From contig JBNRSN020000013.1 in NCBI GenBank assembly GCA_051313645.2, positions 72,664,001 to 72,728,000 of the forward strand: a DNA stretch of 64,000 bases, given 5' to 3'. Below, piece by piece: positions 23,478 through 36,900 of the stretch (position 1 is its first letter; each line of letters begins with the position of its first letter). The DNA is from Centroscyllium fabricii. Its lineage: Eukaryota. Under the pieces are notes generated by a model. The model saw only the letters and a program-made list of their open reading frames with translations. It did not search any database and was not told the origin of the DNA. Position numbers and translations under genes: made by a program.

Positions 23478-25710
23478 CTCACCTCACACTCTCACCTTCT
23501 CTCTCACACACTCTCACCTTCTCTCTGACACACACTCTCACCTTCTCTCTGACACACACTCTCACCTTCTCTCTGACACACACACCTTCTCTCACACACA
23601 CTCACCTTCTCTCACACACTCACCTTCTCTCACTCTCTCTCTCTCTCGCCACCTCTCTCTCTCTCGCCACCTCTCTCTCTCTCGCCACCTCTCTCTCTCT
23701 CGCCACCTCTCTCTCTCTCGCCACCTCTCTCTCTCTCGCCACCTCTCTCTCTCTCGCCACCTCTCTCTCTCTCGCCACCTCTCTCTCTCTCGCCACCTCT
23801 CTCTCTCTCGCCACCTCTCTCTCTCTCGCCACCTCTCTCTCTCTCGCCACCTCTCTCTCTCTCGCCACCTCTCTCTCTCTCGCCACCTCTCTCTCTCTCG
23901 CCACCTCTCTCTCTCTCGCCACCTCTCTCTCTCTCGCCACCTCTCTCTCTCTCGCCACCTCTCTCTCTCTCGCCACCTCTCTCTCTCTCGCCACCTCTCT
24001 CTCTCTCGCCACCTCTCTCTCTCTCGCCACCTCTCTCTCTCGCCACCTCTCTCTCTCTCGCCACCTCTCTCTCTCTCGCCACCTCTCTCTCTCTCGCCAC
24101 CTCTCTCTCGCCTGCTCTCTCTCTCTCGCCTTCTCTCTCTCTCTCTCGCCTTCTCTCTCTCTCTCTCGCCTTCTCTCTCTCTCTCTCGCCTTCTCTCTCC
24201 CACTCTCGCCTTCTCTCTCCCACTCTCGCCTTCTCTCCCACTCTCGCCTTCTCTCCCACTCTCGCCTTCTCTCCCACTCTCGCCTTCTCTCCCACTCTCG
24301 CCTTCTCTCCCACTCTCGCCTTCTCTCCCACTCTCGCCTTCTCTCCCACTCTCGCCTTCTCTCCCACTCTCGCCTTCTCTCCCACTCTCGCCTTCTCTCC
24401 CACTCTCTCTCTCTCACCTTCTCACTCACACACACTCACCTCTCTCCTCTCTCAGACACACCTCGCACACTCACCTTCTCTCACATTCTCACCTCTCAGA
24501 CACACACCTTCACACACACTCACCTCTCTCCTCTCTGACACCTCGCACACTCACCTTCTCTCAGCTCTCAGACACACCTCCACACTCACACTCCCCTCTC
24601 TCACACTCCCCTCTCTCACACTCCCCTCTCTCACACTCCCCTCTCTCACACTCCCCTCTCTCACACTCCCCTCTCTCACACTCCCCTTCTCTCACACTCC
24701 CCTTCTCTCACACACTCCCCTTCTCTCACACACACTCCCCTTCTCTCACACACACTCCCCTTCTCTCACACACACTCACCTTCTCTCACACACACTCACC
24801 TTCTCTCACACACACTCACCTTCTCTCACACACACTCACCTTCTCTCACACACACTCACCTTCTCTCACACACACTCACCTTCTCTCACACACACTCACC
24901 TTCTCTCACACACACTCACCTCTCTGACACACCTCGCACACTCACCTCACCTCTCAGACACACCTTCACACACACTCACCTCTCACACTCACACACCTCT
25001 CACACTCACACACACTCACCTCTCTCCTCTGACACCTCGCACACTCACCTTCTCTCAGCTCTCACAGACACACCTCCACACACACTCACCTCGCTCACCT
25101 CTCTCATGCTCTCACCTTCTCTCACCTTCTCTCACACTCTCTCACACTCTCTCACACTCTCTCACACTCTCACCTTCTCTCACACTCTCACCTTCTCTCA
25201 CACTCTCACCTTCTCTCACACTCTCACCTTCTCTCACACTCTCACCTTCTCTCACACTCTCACCTTCTCTCACACTCTCACCTTCTCTCACACTCTCACC
25301 TTCTCTCACACTCTCACCTTCTCTCACACTCTCACCTTCTCTCACACTCTCACCTTCTCTCACACTCTCACCTTCTCTCTCACTCTCACCTTCTCTCTCA
25401 CTCTCACCTTCTCTCTCACTCTCACCTTCTCTCACTCACACCTTCTCTCACACTCACACCTTCTCTCACACTCACACCTTCTCTCACACTCACACACACT
25501 CCCCTCTCCTCTCGGACACCTCGCACACTCACCTCTCAGCTCTCACAGACACACCTCCACACACACTCACCTCTCTCTCTCTCTCACACACACTCACCTC
25601 TCCCACACTCCCCTCTCTCACACTCCCCTCTCTCACACACACTCACCTTCTCTCACACACACTCACCTTCTCTCACACACACTCACCTTCTCTCACACAC
25701 ACACATACAC
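23478..25710. repeat. 2.2-kb compound CT/CA mini/microsatellite
   Basis: Successive arrays such as (ctctctctctctcgccac)n, (ttctctcccactctcgcc)n, (ttctctcacacacactcacc)n and (ttctctcacactctcacc)n. Confidence 0.97.
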
Positions 25711-28700
25711 TCTCCCTCACACTCTGGCAATCTCACAGCTGCACAAACGTACTCCCTCACGCTATGGCAGTGGCACACATTTAACATTCCCTCCCTCAGC
25801 CACTCTCGCACTCTGCCCGAGTTTACACAGACGTGCTCCCTCCTTCACACTCCCCCCTTCCCTCACACTATCGCAGTGACACACTTCCTCATTGTGCCAG
25901 TTACACATACCACTCCCTTCCGCACGTTCTCGCAGCCTCAAACATTCGCACAGACTCTCTCACACACGCCCACACCACAGCCTCCCTCGCAACCACACAC
26001 ACACTAGCATTCCCTCCATTACACGCTGGTAGTCGCAGTCACAGTTGCACAGTACTCCCCCGCAGTCGCTCTCTCAGTCACACACACTCGTACCCCGCCC
26101 GCACTAACAGTTCACAGCAGCTGCCTCTCGGGCTGCGCCGCGCCGCGTTAGCAGAATCGCTGTCTGCTTCTCCGAAGCAGGGCGGAAGCTGGGCGGTGTG
26201 AGGCGGTCTGTTCTCATGTACAAGACTGGGGGCTTCGACGCCACCACAAGGAAGCTCAGTTGTTAATTCGGAACCTATTTCCACCCCTCTCACGACTTTA
26301 AGATCTTTTCTCAAAAACACGTTGCTGCGGTATCCTTTTTTCCAAATCAAACCACTAAAACGCTTTGCGATCTGGGGCTTTTTGTTTAAAAAAATGAGAA
26401 TAGTTATGGAACATAGTTTCGCAATTTAGGGTTAATAACTTTGAAACGAAAATTGATCGGAAGAGAATGGTTCTGGACACTCACAGTGCACGAGGTTCGC
26501 TGAGTCGCAGTTTTGGCAAGAGTTGAAGGCCTTTTTATACATGTGTTATCATTTACACTCAGTACTGTCTAAGTTCCCCTTTAACGATAACAGGAAAATA
26601 ACTGGGGTTAGATTAACAATTACACGAACCGTGAAATAAGTGCAAATACTGTTCTGATCCACTGCGTCGTTTGAAATGACCCACACCAGTCCTATCCATC
26701 CTGGTCACTAAATGCGAGAGATTAGATTCCCAGTATTAAGAATGCTCGATTCACAGATAAGGAAGGGGGGGGGGGTCACTGAACCGAACCCCCTCCTCCC
26801 CAAGCGCCAGATTGTTACCACCAAAAAGATTAGGCACAATAGAGGAACTGCTGGTTTGTGTTCAGCGCATTGTGTAATGGAACAATCATTCACCAGTTGG
26901 AGGTGTTCTTTCACAGCAATCTGTGTCAGCGTGTAGCGACAGCGTGCCGCTTTACTTTTCTCGGGTCTTCCGCCCTGTGTACATGTAGTTTGCGCTCTCT
27001 AATCACTCACAGCCCCGAGCGGTTGGCCTACTCGAACATGCAGCGCAGTGAATGCTGCACAGCTCCCATTACTGCTCCCCAGATCCTTTGATTTCCAGCA
27101 GAAGCAATAATAAAGGTTCACTTTAAATAACACATCTTGCCGAATGTCTCGTTTCACATCCTGGTTCACGGAACCGCATCCTTCTCTCGGAGTGAGCAGC
27201 GATACTAAGATAACTGACGCCAGTAATTCCCCCAAAGGAAACTTCGCTTTAAGAGGCAACAGCCATGGCTCGCTGGTTTGTTATCTGTTCGTTGCAGAAC
27301 TGTGACTAGTTGCGTTTGTTTCCACATTCTTTGTCCCATATTTTAGTTTTCAATGAAAATAAAGCCATGCGTGTCCATATGTATTTGGTTTAAGGCGACC
27401 GGTATAGAAGGTCACCGTTAATAATGAGATTTGTGTAATTGGATATACGTTTCGGTTTTTAAAAAACTATTCAGTGCGATTAAATGCCTTTTTCCATTGA
27501 ATGCAATTGCCTATAGCGAGGGAGTGGGGCTCGGAGTGCGCCACCTGTCTCGCTGATAACACTGCGCTCCAGCACAACACCAGCACAAGCACTTCACAAG
27601 ACAAAGATGGCGAAAGCTCCCATCCCCCACCAGTTAGTGCCACTTCCTCGACCCGGCCGCCTCGCTGTTGTATGTACAGCGCCAATCTCAAGCTTATTAC
27701 CAAGATCCAAACGCCGGTTTCGAAACAGACGCAGGAATCAAGCAATAGAAGGCATTGAAAAAAAAGACCGACACAAGACGCCACACAGTTTAAACGCAAA
27801 ATCCCCACCACCACCCGGAACCGTCTTCGCTTTGTCGGACACGCAAAGCTTTCTCGAAAGGTTGCATTATTTTCAAGTTGCAGCCACGAACAAAGGAGGT
27901 GAAAAATACTGCGAAATGCGCTTGGGGTGCCGGGCTAAGGACGAGACCCGACAGAGTATCGCTATTCCGTGACAAAACAAGGCACAAGAAAAGCCCAACA
28001 GTAACAAAACTGCACACAACTCCCGAGCACATTATAAACACACACAGCTGCATTAAAAGAGCAGCGGCTTGCATCATAAACTACCGGAACGTTAAGGGTT
28101 CGTCGGCTATTGGCTTCTTCTGCAGAAACAGATGCACCTCGACGCCAGTTCGGGCTTTAAACGTTATTCCACATGCTTTGCATCGCACTTCAAAGCTGCA
28201 GAACACACCAGTTCTGACCCGACTCCAACACAGGCTGTGCAGGCAGGAGTTTGGCTTTGGTGGGTTCGTCACTTCAAGCAAAATAAAAATTCAGGGTGGA
28301 ACTTTGTCACATCCAGCCGAGAGAGAACTCCGCTCCGCATTCGCCATTGTTGTGGGTTTTGTATTTGGAAAACTTACAAAAAAAAGTTAAAAATTAAAAT
28401 GAGCAAGACAGCTCAAATGAATGGAACAGTAACCTCCCCTTCCCCATCCATACACACAATCTCAGCAAAGTAACAAAACGCTCTTTTAGTATCAAGTTAC
28501 AAAGCTTAGGAGGTTCCTTCGTCCACAGCATCGACCTTTAAAGCACACGCCGTTAAACAGCACACACCATTTAACATGTTGTTCAGACAAGTGCTATAAA
28601 CTTAAAAATGTCACAAATTGAATAAATTATGGCAATGAATTTCCAAATAGGAAATACTTCAATGTGATACAACGCACTTAGGGCAAACATAATTTGTTTG

Positions 28701-30547
28701 TATATTTTGCAAAAAGAAATGAAACATATCGATACAATTTTTCTCGCAGCATTCCCTACTTGCCAAGGTTTCAGCTTCAGTGCCCAAATCACCCGCCCAA
28801 CCCGAAAATCTAAAAACGTGATTATTGAAACTCCACCAGTGGAACAGCTTTGTTATGCTCCAAAATTTGCTCAGGAACGAACAACGGAAATAACATCAAA
28901 CAATTCAAAGCAACTGAATTGAGATCAATCTAATGAATGATATCAGTAATGATTTCTGGGATGTAAAAGGCCCATACTGACTACAAAGGGAAGTGGAAGG
29001 GGGAGAATCAAAGTTCCCACTTCTGGAAAGGGCGAGTGTATGGGTGAAAATCAAGGCTCGGATTAGGCCGTGAAGCCCTTGTGGTCAAATAACATGCCAG
29101 CACTCACTGTCCATTCTTATACATAAACAATGGGCACTTGTGTGAGGTACTGTAGGACTCAACACTCATGGAACTGTACCCCAAGCAAGAGGCAGCGCTT
29201 CACAAGGTGGTTAGGGAGAAAACCGGCAAGGACAAAGACTGCAAATGTGTTCGAGGTGCAAAGGACTTCCTGTAGCACTACATCTGGGGCACCAATGTGC
29301 ACCTCTGCAGCATTAAATAGCGAGATGACAACACTGGGGTAATGGACTGCTGATTCGCTGGAGAAACATAGGGGGCAGCTAATGAACAACAGATACCGAG
29401 TTTATTTCAGACCTATGTCACAAGTGAGTTATAAAGATCTTCATTGTGAGTGGATTAAATAAGCTAACCCATTGTTTCCCCATTGTGTACTGTTCAAAAA
29501 CAGCTGTGGGGATTGATTTGTATATAAAATAAAATTTAATTAAATTATATTTTTCTGTTATTAAGATTTTACAATGTGCAGATGGCACTTTAGAATCATA
29601 GAACATCACTGCATGGATTAAACCCATTCGGTCCACTCACTGTACCTAACACGGACCCCAAAGAGCTGGATATCCACTTGGTCCCATTTTTCTGCCCTTC
29701 CCAAAACCCTTTTCTTTTTGCTTTTTCAACTGGAGGGTCAGTAAAGAAATGGGACAGGAGCTCATTGCCTGTATCTTTACTAGTTCGCTGGAGTCGAGCA
29801 CTGCGCTCAGACTGCGAGGACACTATCATAGTTACAATTTTTTTTAAAGGGTGATAAGGCAGAACTGGGTAACTAGACCCATTTGCTGGACTTCATTAAT
29901 AGGTAAGATGCTTGAATGCATCACTAGAGATGCCTTATATAACCACTTAGAGAAGGTCTTATCAGGGACACCCAACACTGTTTCAGGAAAAGAAGGTTGC
30001 ATCTTACAAATCTGATTTTATGAAGAAGTAATCAGGTTAGTGGATGAGGGTAACCCGGTGGATATTGTCCACTTGGACTTTCAGAAAGCTTTTGATAAGG
30101 TACCTCACAAAAGGTTTCGCTGCAGAATAGAATCTTGCAGAATTAGTGGTAATCTACTGATGAAGACTGAGAATTGGCTGAACACGTGTAGGCAGAAAGT
30201 TGTCGTCAAATTGTTGTTGGATCTGCTTGGAGACCAGTTACAAGTGGCATCCCACAGGGATCGGTGTTAAGATCTTTGCTATTTACTACATTTATTAATA
30301 ACCTAGATGTAGGTGTTGGGAGAAATGATAGCAAGTTTGCAGACTCCGCCAAGATATGTGCGAGTGTTAGGACTGAAGAGGATGCTGAACTATTCCAAGC
30401 ATATTTCAAGGTGTAGGGGGAATGGCCCATGTTTGGCAAATTATGTTTAACTTGGAAAAGTATAGTGTTATGCATATTGGCAGGTCTAATGCTAAACATA
30501 CATACACCCTACAGGGAATAGAATTGAAACTAGTGGTGAAAGGAAGA

Positions 30548-30795
30548 GACCATGAACCTACCAGATTGTCATAAAAACCCATCTGGTTCACTAATGTCCT
30601 TTAGGGAAGGAAATCTGCCATCCTTACCCGGTCTGGCCTATATGGTGACTCCAGACCCACAGCAATGTGGTTGACTCCTAACTGCCCTCTGAAATGGCCC
30701 AGCAAGTCACTCAAGGGAAATTAGGGATGGGCAATAAATGCTAGCCTTGCCAGCAATGCCCACATCCCAGGAACAAATTAAAATTAAAATTAAAA
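30548..30795 (+). mobile_element. 3' part of a SINE-like element sharing its tail with the LINE ends at 34250 and 50615
   Basis: Tail AATTAGGGATGGGCAATAAATGCTAGCCTTGCCAGCAATGCCCACATCCC matches about 34355-34400 and 50697-50746. Confidence 0.7.
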
Positions 30796-30883
30796 TCTGG
30801 GTTTTATGGTATATCACTCGATAAAGGTTCATGATCAATGCCGTGACACTATAACTACAGCAAACAGGGTTCTAGGTGGTATT

Positions 30884-31286
30884 CATAGAAACATAGAAGA
30901 TAGGAGCAGGAGTAGGCCATTCGGCCCTTCGAGCCTGCTCTGCCATTCAATGAGATCATGGCTGATCATCCAAACCCAGTACCCCGGTCCCTGCCTTGTC
31001 CCCATATCCCTCGATCCCTCTCGAGCTGCACTGACATATATCCCACGCTATCCCCATAACCCCACATACTTAATCCCTCTAACACTAAGGGTCAAGTTAT
31101 CATGGCCAATCAACCTAACCCACACATCTTTGGACTGTGGGAGGAAACTGGAGCACCCGGAGGAAACCCACGCAGACACGGGGAGAATGTGCAAACTCCA
31201 CACAGATAGTACCCGAGGCTGGATTTGAACCCGGGTCTCCAGTGCTGTAAGGCAACAGTGCTAACCACTGTGCCACCGTGCCGCCC
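30884..31286 (-). mobile_element. HE1-like V-SINE
   Basis: Near-identical to the other copies (head, V core, CR1 tail). Confidence 0.93.
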
Positions 31287-31588
31287 AAGACAATTCTCTA
31301 CAGAACAAGTATACTATTTTGTCTTTGTACAAGACCTTGGATAAGGCCTCAGTTAGAATACTGTATCCAGTTTTAGCCTCCTGGTGGAAAATATTGAGGC
31401 TTTTGGAAAGGGTTCAGAGAAGGGCCAGAAGATGAATTCCCAGTTTAAAATGCCTTCTTACCTAGATAGGCTCAAAGAGGCAGGTCTGTATATTTTAGAA
31501 AGTACAGACTCTGGTAATTTGACTGAGGTTTACAAAATAATGAAGGGAGTAGATTATGTTTGTTTGGACCAATTATTTCAACTGGATA

Positions 31589-31696
31589 AATGCAAGAAGT
31601 CACACAACATCAGGTTATAGTCCAACAGTTTTATTTTAAATCACAAGCTTCTTGCATTTGACCACCCCAGTCCAACACCGGCACCTCCACATCACG
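31589..31696. mobile_element. Short Penelope-like terminal fragment with internal inversion
   Basis: Matches the termini of the element at 49424-50115; flanked by 12-bp TSD TTCAACTGGATA (31577-31588, 31697-31708). Confidence 0.85.
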
Positions 31697-32235
31697 TTCA
31701 ACTGGATAGATTAGGAAGGACCACGGGTCACGCTTGCAAATTATGTATGGGCAGAACTAGGTTGGATGTTAGACAGCTCCTCTTTTTCCAGTGAATAGTG
31801 TACCTATGGAACAGGTTGTGGCTCATGTGGTGAACACTGATTTGCTGTATAGAGCTAGACCTGTATCTGACTGGGGCACAGATCACCACATAATTAGATT
31901 ACTGGATACCTACCACTTTTAAGGGCCAGTGAGCTTGCACTAGTTTCGATTCCCTAATTGGCTTGGGTTTTTATTTGGTTTCTCACCTCTCCCAGGAGAT
32001 AACATGGCTGGCTAGAGAGTGCCTGTATCATGATGCATAAGGCACCACAATTGTATGGTACAGACGAGATGGACCAGTGGGTCTTTTGCAGTCCCTCATT
32101 TTAGTATGTTTGTATATATTGAACAGTAGTGTTGTGGTTATGTTATATGGACTAGTAACCCACCAGACTTGGGCATAATCCAGAGAACGTGAGTTCCAAT
32201 CCCACCATGACGGTTTGAGAATTTGAATCACGTTT

Positions 32236-32425
32236 TAGGGATGTGAATCTTTGGAATTCTTTACCCAAAAGGGCTGTGGATGCTCAGTCATCGAGTATAT
32301 TCAAGGCTGAGATAGATAGAGAAATCAAGGGATATGGTGATTGGGCGGGAAAGTGGAGTCAAGGATCAGCCATGATCTTATTGCATGGCCATATGGCCAA
32401 CTCCTGCAAATAATTCTTATGTTAT
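32236..32425 (+). mobile_element. CR1 3' end fragment
   Basis: TGGAATTCTTTACCCAAAAGGGCTGTGG...AAGGGATATGG...GATCAGCCATGATCTTATTG...CTTATGTT. Confidence 0.8.
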
Positions 32426-33024
32426 GTTCTCATATTTCCCTTTCAAAATCTCTTATGGATTCTGCTTTCAACATTGCTTCTGGTGTGCCATTCATTCCAT
32501 GATCCAGCAAAACCTCTGCATTAAAAAAAGAATTCTCCCAACCTCTCCCTTCATTCTTTTGGTGGAGATCTTAAACGTGTGCCCTCTAGTTACTGTCTCA
32601 CTGACCAGAGGAATTCATTTTCCTATTTATCTTCTCAAAATCGCTTAATGGTGAATACCTCTATCAAATTTCATCTTAAGTTTCATATTACAGTGAAAAT
32701 AAAGTTGTCAGTATTCATCCCATAAATACAGCCACTAATCCTGATCTGATCAAATCTCTTATGTACCCTGTCAATGGCCTTGACTTCCTTCCTAAAGTAT
32801 GATGCTCAAAACTGGATACAATATACTAACTGTGGGTTTGGCATTGCAGATATCTCTTAGCTATTCTACTCTCCGCCCAATTTATAAAACTGGGATGCCA
32901 AATGCCTTTTTCTTAAAAAAAAGACAGCTTTGTCAGTTTGTCCTTCCACTCTATACTCTTCCATTCTTTAAGTTTTACTATTTAGTGCATACTTTCTTCC
33001 CCTTTTTTTCCAATCCAAGTGCAT

Positions 33025-33418
33025 CACGGTGGCATAGTGGTTAGCACTGTTGCCTTACAGCACTGGAGACCCGGGTTCAAATCCAGCCTTGGGTACTATC
33101 TGTGTGGAGTTTGCACATTCTCCCTGTGTCTGCGTGGGTTTCCTCCGGTTTCCTCCCACAGTCCAAAGATGTGCGGGTTAGGTTGATTGGCCATGATAAA
33201 TTGACCCTTAGTTTTAGGGGGATTGAATATGTGGGGTTGCAGGGATAGGGTGGGATATGTGTCGGTGCAGGTTCGATAGGGATCGAGGGATATGGGGAGA
33301 GGGGAGAGGGCAGGGGCGGGGTACTGGGTTTGGATGATCAGCCATGATCTCATTGAATGGCGGAGCAGGCTCGAAGGGCCGAATGGCCTACTCCTGCTCC
33401 TATCTTCTATGTTTCTAT
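33025..33418 (+). mobile_element. HE1-like V-SINE (inside an old minus-strand CR1 remnant)
   Basis: Same head, core and tail as the other copies. Confidence 0.92.
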
Positions 33419-34249
33419 CATCTTAATAAATTTCAGCCAATATCTATCGGTCCAATCTCTCTATGCCTCCTGAAGTGCCTTATAGACCTCTTTGGCTAAT
33501 CATACATCCTTTGCTTGTGTTGTCTGCAAATTTTAATGAGCCTGTTAAAAATTCCAGTCCGCCATAGATACCGTCTTAGGTTCAGTGGCATCAATCGCTC
33601 CTGTAATTAATATGAGCATCTTACGTTATGGGAGTTAACTCACACTGCCTCATCTCTACTTGTGTGATAGTGTAAGCCAGAATTCAACAATAGTATCCCT
33701 TGTAACCTGAATTGGATATTTGTGTCTTTTGCATGAGTACTTCTTCAATCTCTCCAGAAGTGGACCAAGCAAACAGTTGGCATGAGGCCTGATATAAATC
33801 AATAAACTGCTATATTTCACATTAAGGTGAGCACACAGAAAGGGAGTTACCAACAACCAGACTCACTTAGTTCAAACAGTACAACTTATCATTGCATTAT
33901 GATACAAAATGAAGAATATGCCATGCTTCCCCATGTCAGTGGGTTTTCTTACTGGACTTAAGCAAGGTGCTTTCTAATGGTTCCTCTGGCATTTCTGACC
34001 TCTGTCTCAGCTAAAGCCCTCACAGCTTCCTCTTTAAGAACATAACCACTTGTGCAGCATCTAGTTTCAAATAATCTCTGTCTACCTGTGTCATAAAGTC
34101 TGTAATATCACCCTCTGTTCACTGCAAAGAAAGGAAAGAATGATTTCACAACACAATGAGTGAGATGTTTTCCAATTGCTGAGAGAGTCTAACTAGTCTT
34201 TTATTTCTGTACTGTCTATGGGGGAACAACATCGATATCAGCTTATTAG

Positions 34250-34420
34250 CATTCAAAATCCTGGAACTCGGTACCCAACAGCACTACGGGAGCACCTTCA
34301 CCACACGGGCTGCAGCGGTTCAAGGTGGCGGCTCACATCACCTGCTCAAGGACAATTAGGGATGGGCAATCAATGCTGGCCTTGCCAGTGACACCCACAT
34401 TCTGTGAATGAATAAAGAAA
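34250..34420 (+). mobile_element. LINE 3' end (family also at 50615-50757)
   Basis: Encodes WNS.PNST.GAPSPHGLQRFK.AAH-like C-terminus followed by the shared GGGATGGGCAATCAATGCTGGCCTTGCC tail. Confidence 0.7.
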
Positions 34421-34429
34421 ACTACCTCC

Positions 34430-35590
34430 CCTCTGCTCTCCAGCTGGGTGGGACTGCTCTAGTCTGGTTACACTCTTAACTATCCAGTCGTAGCCACAGA
34501 ATCACTTGCAATGGCTTCTCTTCCCCCTCCCACACCGTTACGTCTGAAGTCCCCCAAGGATCTATCCTTGGTGCCCTCCTATTTCTCATCTATACGCTGC
34601 CCCTCGGCAACAATGAATGCATGTCAGGTTCCACATGTACGCCGATGACACCCAGCTCTACCTCAACCTCACCACCACCTCACTCAACGCATCCGGTGCC
34701 TCTGATTTGTCATGTTACTTGTCCAACATTTTGTATTGGATGAGCAGAAATTTCCTGCAATTAACTATTGGGAAGACCGAAGCCATTGTCTTTGGTCCCC
34801 GCCACAAACTCTGTTCCCTAGCCACTAACTCCATCCCTCTCCCTGGTCACTGTCTGAGGTTGAACCAGACTGTTCACTACCTTGGCATCCTATTTGACCC
34901 CGAGTTGAGCTTCCAATCCATATCCTCGCCATCACCAAGACCGCCTACTTCCACCTCTGTAACATCGCCCATCTGGGTCCGGCCTCAGCTCATCTGCTGC
35001 TGAAACCTTCAATGATATCTTTGTTACCTCTAGACTTGACTAGTCCAATGCTCTCCTGGCCGGCCTCCCACCTTGCACCCTTGTAAACTTGAGCTCGTCC
35101 AAAACTCTGCTACCTGTATCCTGACTCACATCAAGTCACGCTCACCCATCACCCCTGTGCTCACTGACCTGCATTGGCTCCCGGTCCAGCAATGCCTCAA
35201 TTTTAAAATTATCATCTTTGTTTACAAATCCCTCCATGGTTTCGCCCCTCCTTACTCTGTAACCTCCTCCAGCATTACAGCCCTGTGAGATCGCGGTGCT
35301 CCTCCAATCCTGGCCTCTTGTGTATCCCCTATTTTCTTTGGCGGCCATGGTTTCAGCTGCCTAGTCCATAAGCTCTGGCATTCCCTCCCTAAACCGCTCT
35401 GCCTTGCCACCTCTCTTTCCTCCTTTAAGACACTCCTTAAAACCGACCACTTTGCTAAAAAATTGGTGCCCTGTCCGAATATCTCCTTATGTGACTCGGT
35501 GTCAAGTTTTGTTTGATAATCATTCCTGTGAAGCACCTTGGGATGTTTTACTACATTAAAGGCACTATGTAAATGAAAGTTGTTGTTGTG
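34430..35590 (+). mobile_element. L2-clade LINE, RT C-terminal part and 3' tail
   Basis: VPQGSILG, FHMYADDTQLY, HWLPV motifs; tail GTGAAGCACCTTGGGATGTTTTACTACATTAAAGGCACTAT...(GTT)n. Confidence 0.9.
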
Positions 35591-35699
35591 CATTCCCAGC
35601 CTTTTTTAAAGAAAACTTGCATAAATGTATTTTGGTTTAAAACAGAATATTTAAAGTAATCCTCTTTCCAAATCCTTGTTTGTGGAAAAATTATCAAAG

Positions 35700-36900
35700 A
35701 TCCCAAAGCATGAGAGTGAATCCCGATCATTTATATGTATTGAGAAGAGCAATGGGACCCAACACTAACCCCTGGGGACACAACTGTTTACATCCCTATT
35801 GCTCCAAAAGATAATTACAAATCTCTGTTTTCCGTCCTTGAACTAATTTTCTACCCATGCTCCCAAATCCTCTTTGATATCATCTGCCCTAATTTATCAA
35901 CAAGCCTCCAATGTGGCGCCATATCAAACATCTTCTGACAGTCATAGATACATAGATGATAGGAGCAGGAGTCGGCCATTCGGCCCTTCAATGAGATCAT
36001 GGCTGATCATGTCCCTGTCTTGTCCCCATATCCCTCGATCCCCCTCGAACCTGCACCGACACATATCCCACCCTATCCCCGTAACCCCACATATTCAATC
36101 CCCCTAACACTAAGGGTCAATTTATCATGGCCAATCAACCTAACCCGCACATCTTTGGACTGTGGGAGGAAACCGGAGCACCCGGAGGAAACCCACGCAG
36201 ACACGGGGAGAATGTGCAAACTCCATACAGATAGTACCCGAGGCTGGATTTGAACCCGGGTCTCCAGTGCTGTAAGGCAACAGTGCTAACCACTATGCCA
36301 CCGTGCCGCCCATATACATATACACACCATCCAATTTATTTCATTTATCAATACAGCATTATTTCCTCAAAGAATTCTATTAAATGTCAGGCATGAGGTG
36401 TGATTTACAAATCCATGCTAGCAGTCCTGAAGTAACCCATGTCTTTGAGTATCAACTGTATCCCATATTATAGCCTCTAGAAAGTTTACCCAATATTGAT
36501 GTTAGGCTCACTAGTCTATAGTTATCTGGTTTATCCCTTTCTCCCTTCTTGAATAGAGGTGTAATGTTGTGTTCTGGGGCATATCTAGGGATGTTTGAAA
36601 GATTATGGTTAGAACCTCTGCTATTTCTGCTGACTTCCCTCATCATTCTAGAATGTGTGTCATCAGAGTCCAGCACCTTTTCCAGTTTGAGCTGCACCAA
36701 CTTTTTTAGTGCTTCGTAGCTATCCTATTTAATTTCTCTACCTCCTCCTCTTGTATCCTTGCATTTCCATGATTACATTCTGCTCTGAAAACCAAGGCAG
36801 AGCAGTCATTTAGTAACTTCACCACTCCTTCATCCATCATGAGATTTCCCTCACCTCTTACTATTTCCCTTTTGTTTCCTGCAAGTCTTTTTTTCATACT
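35700..36900 (-). mobile_element. Old CR1 RT remnant (interrupted by the SINE)
   Basis: TPLFKKGERDKPDNYRLVSLTSILGK in ORF 36452..36700; VPQGLVLGP-like sequence near 35760. Confidence 0.75.
35943..36311 (-). mobile_element. HE1-like V-SINE with internal tail deletions
   Basis: Same head and core; tail lacks GAGCCTGCTCCGCCATTC. Confidence 0.9.

Larger units (their letters stand above)
29860..32110 (+). mobile_element. Old CR1 LINE (RT to 3' UTR) with three nested insertions
   Basis: DEGNPVDIVHLDFQKAFDKVPHKR at 30040-30120; degraded ORF resumes after each insertion; 3' UTR about 31870-32110. Confidence 0.85.

Noticed and set aside
23401-25879. Long ORFs (up to 508 aa) on both strands
   Set aside because: Translations of the stop-free CT/CA satellite, starting inside a SINE tail.
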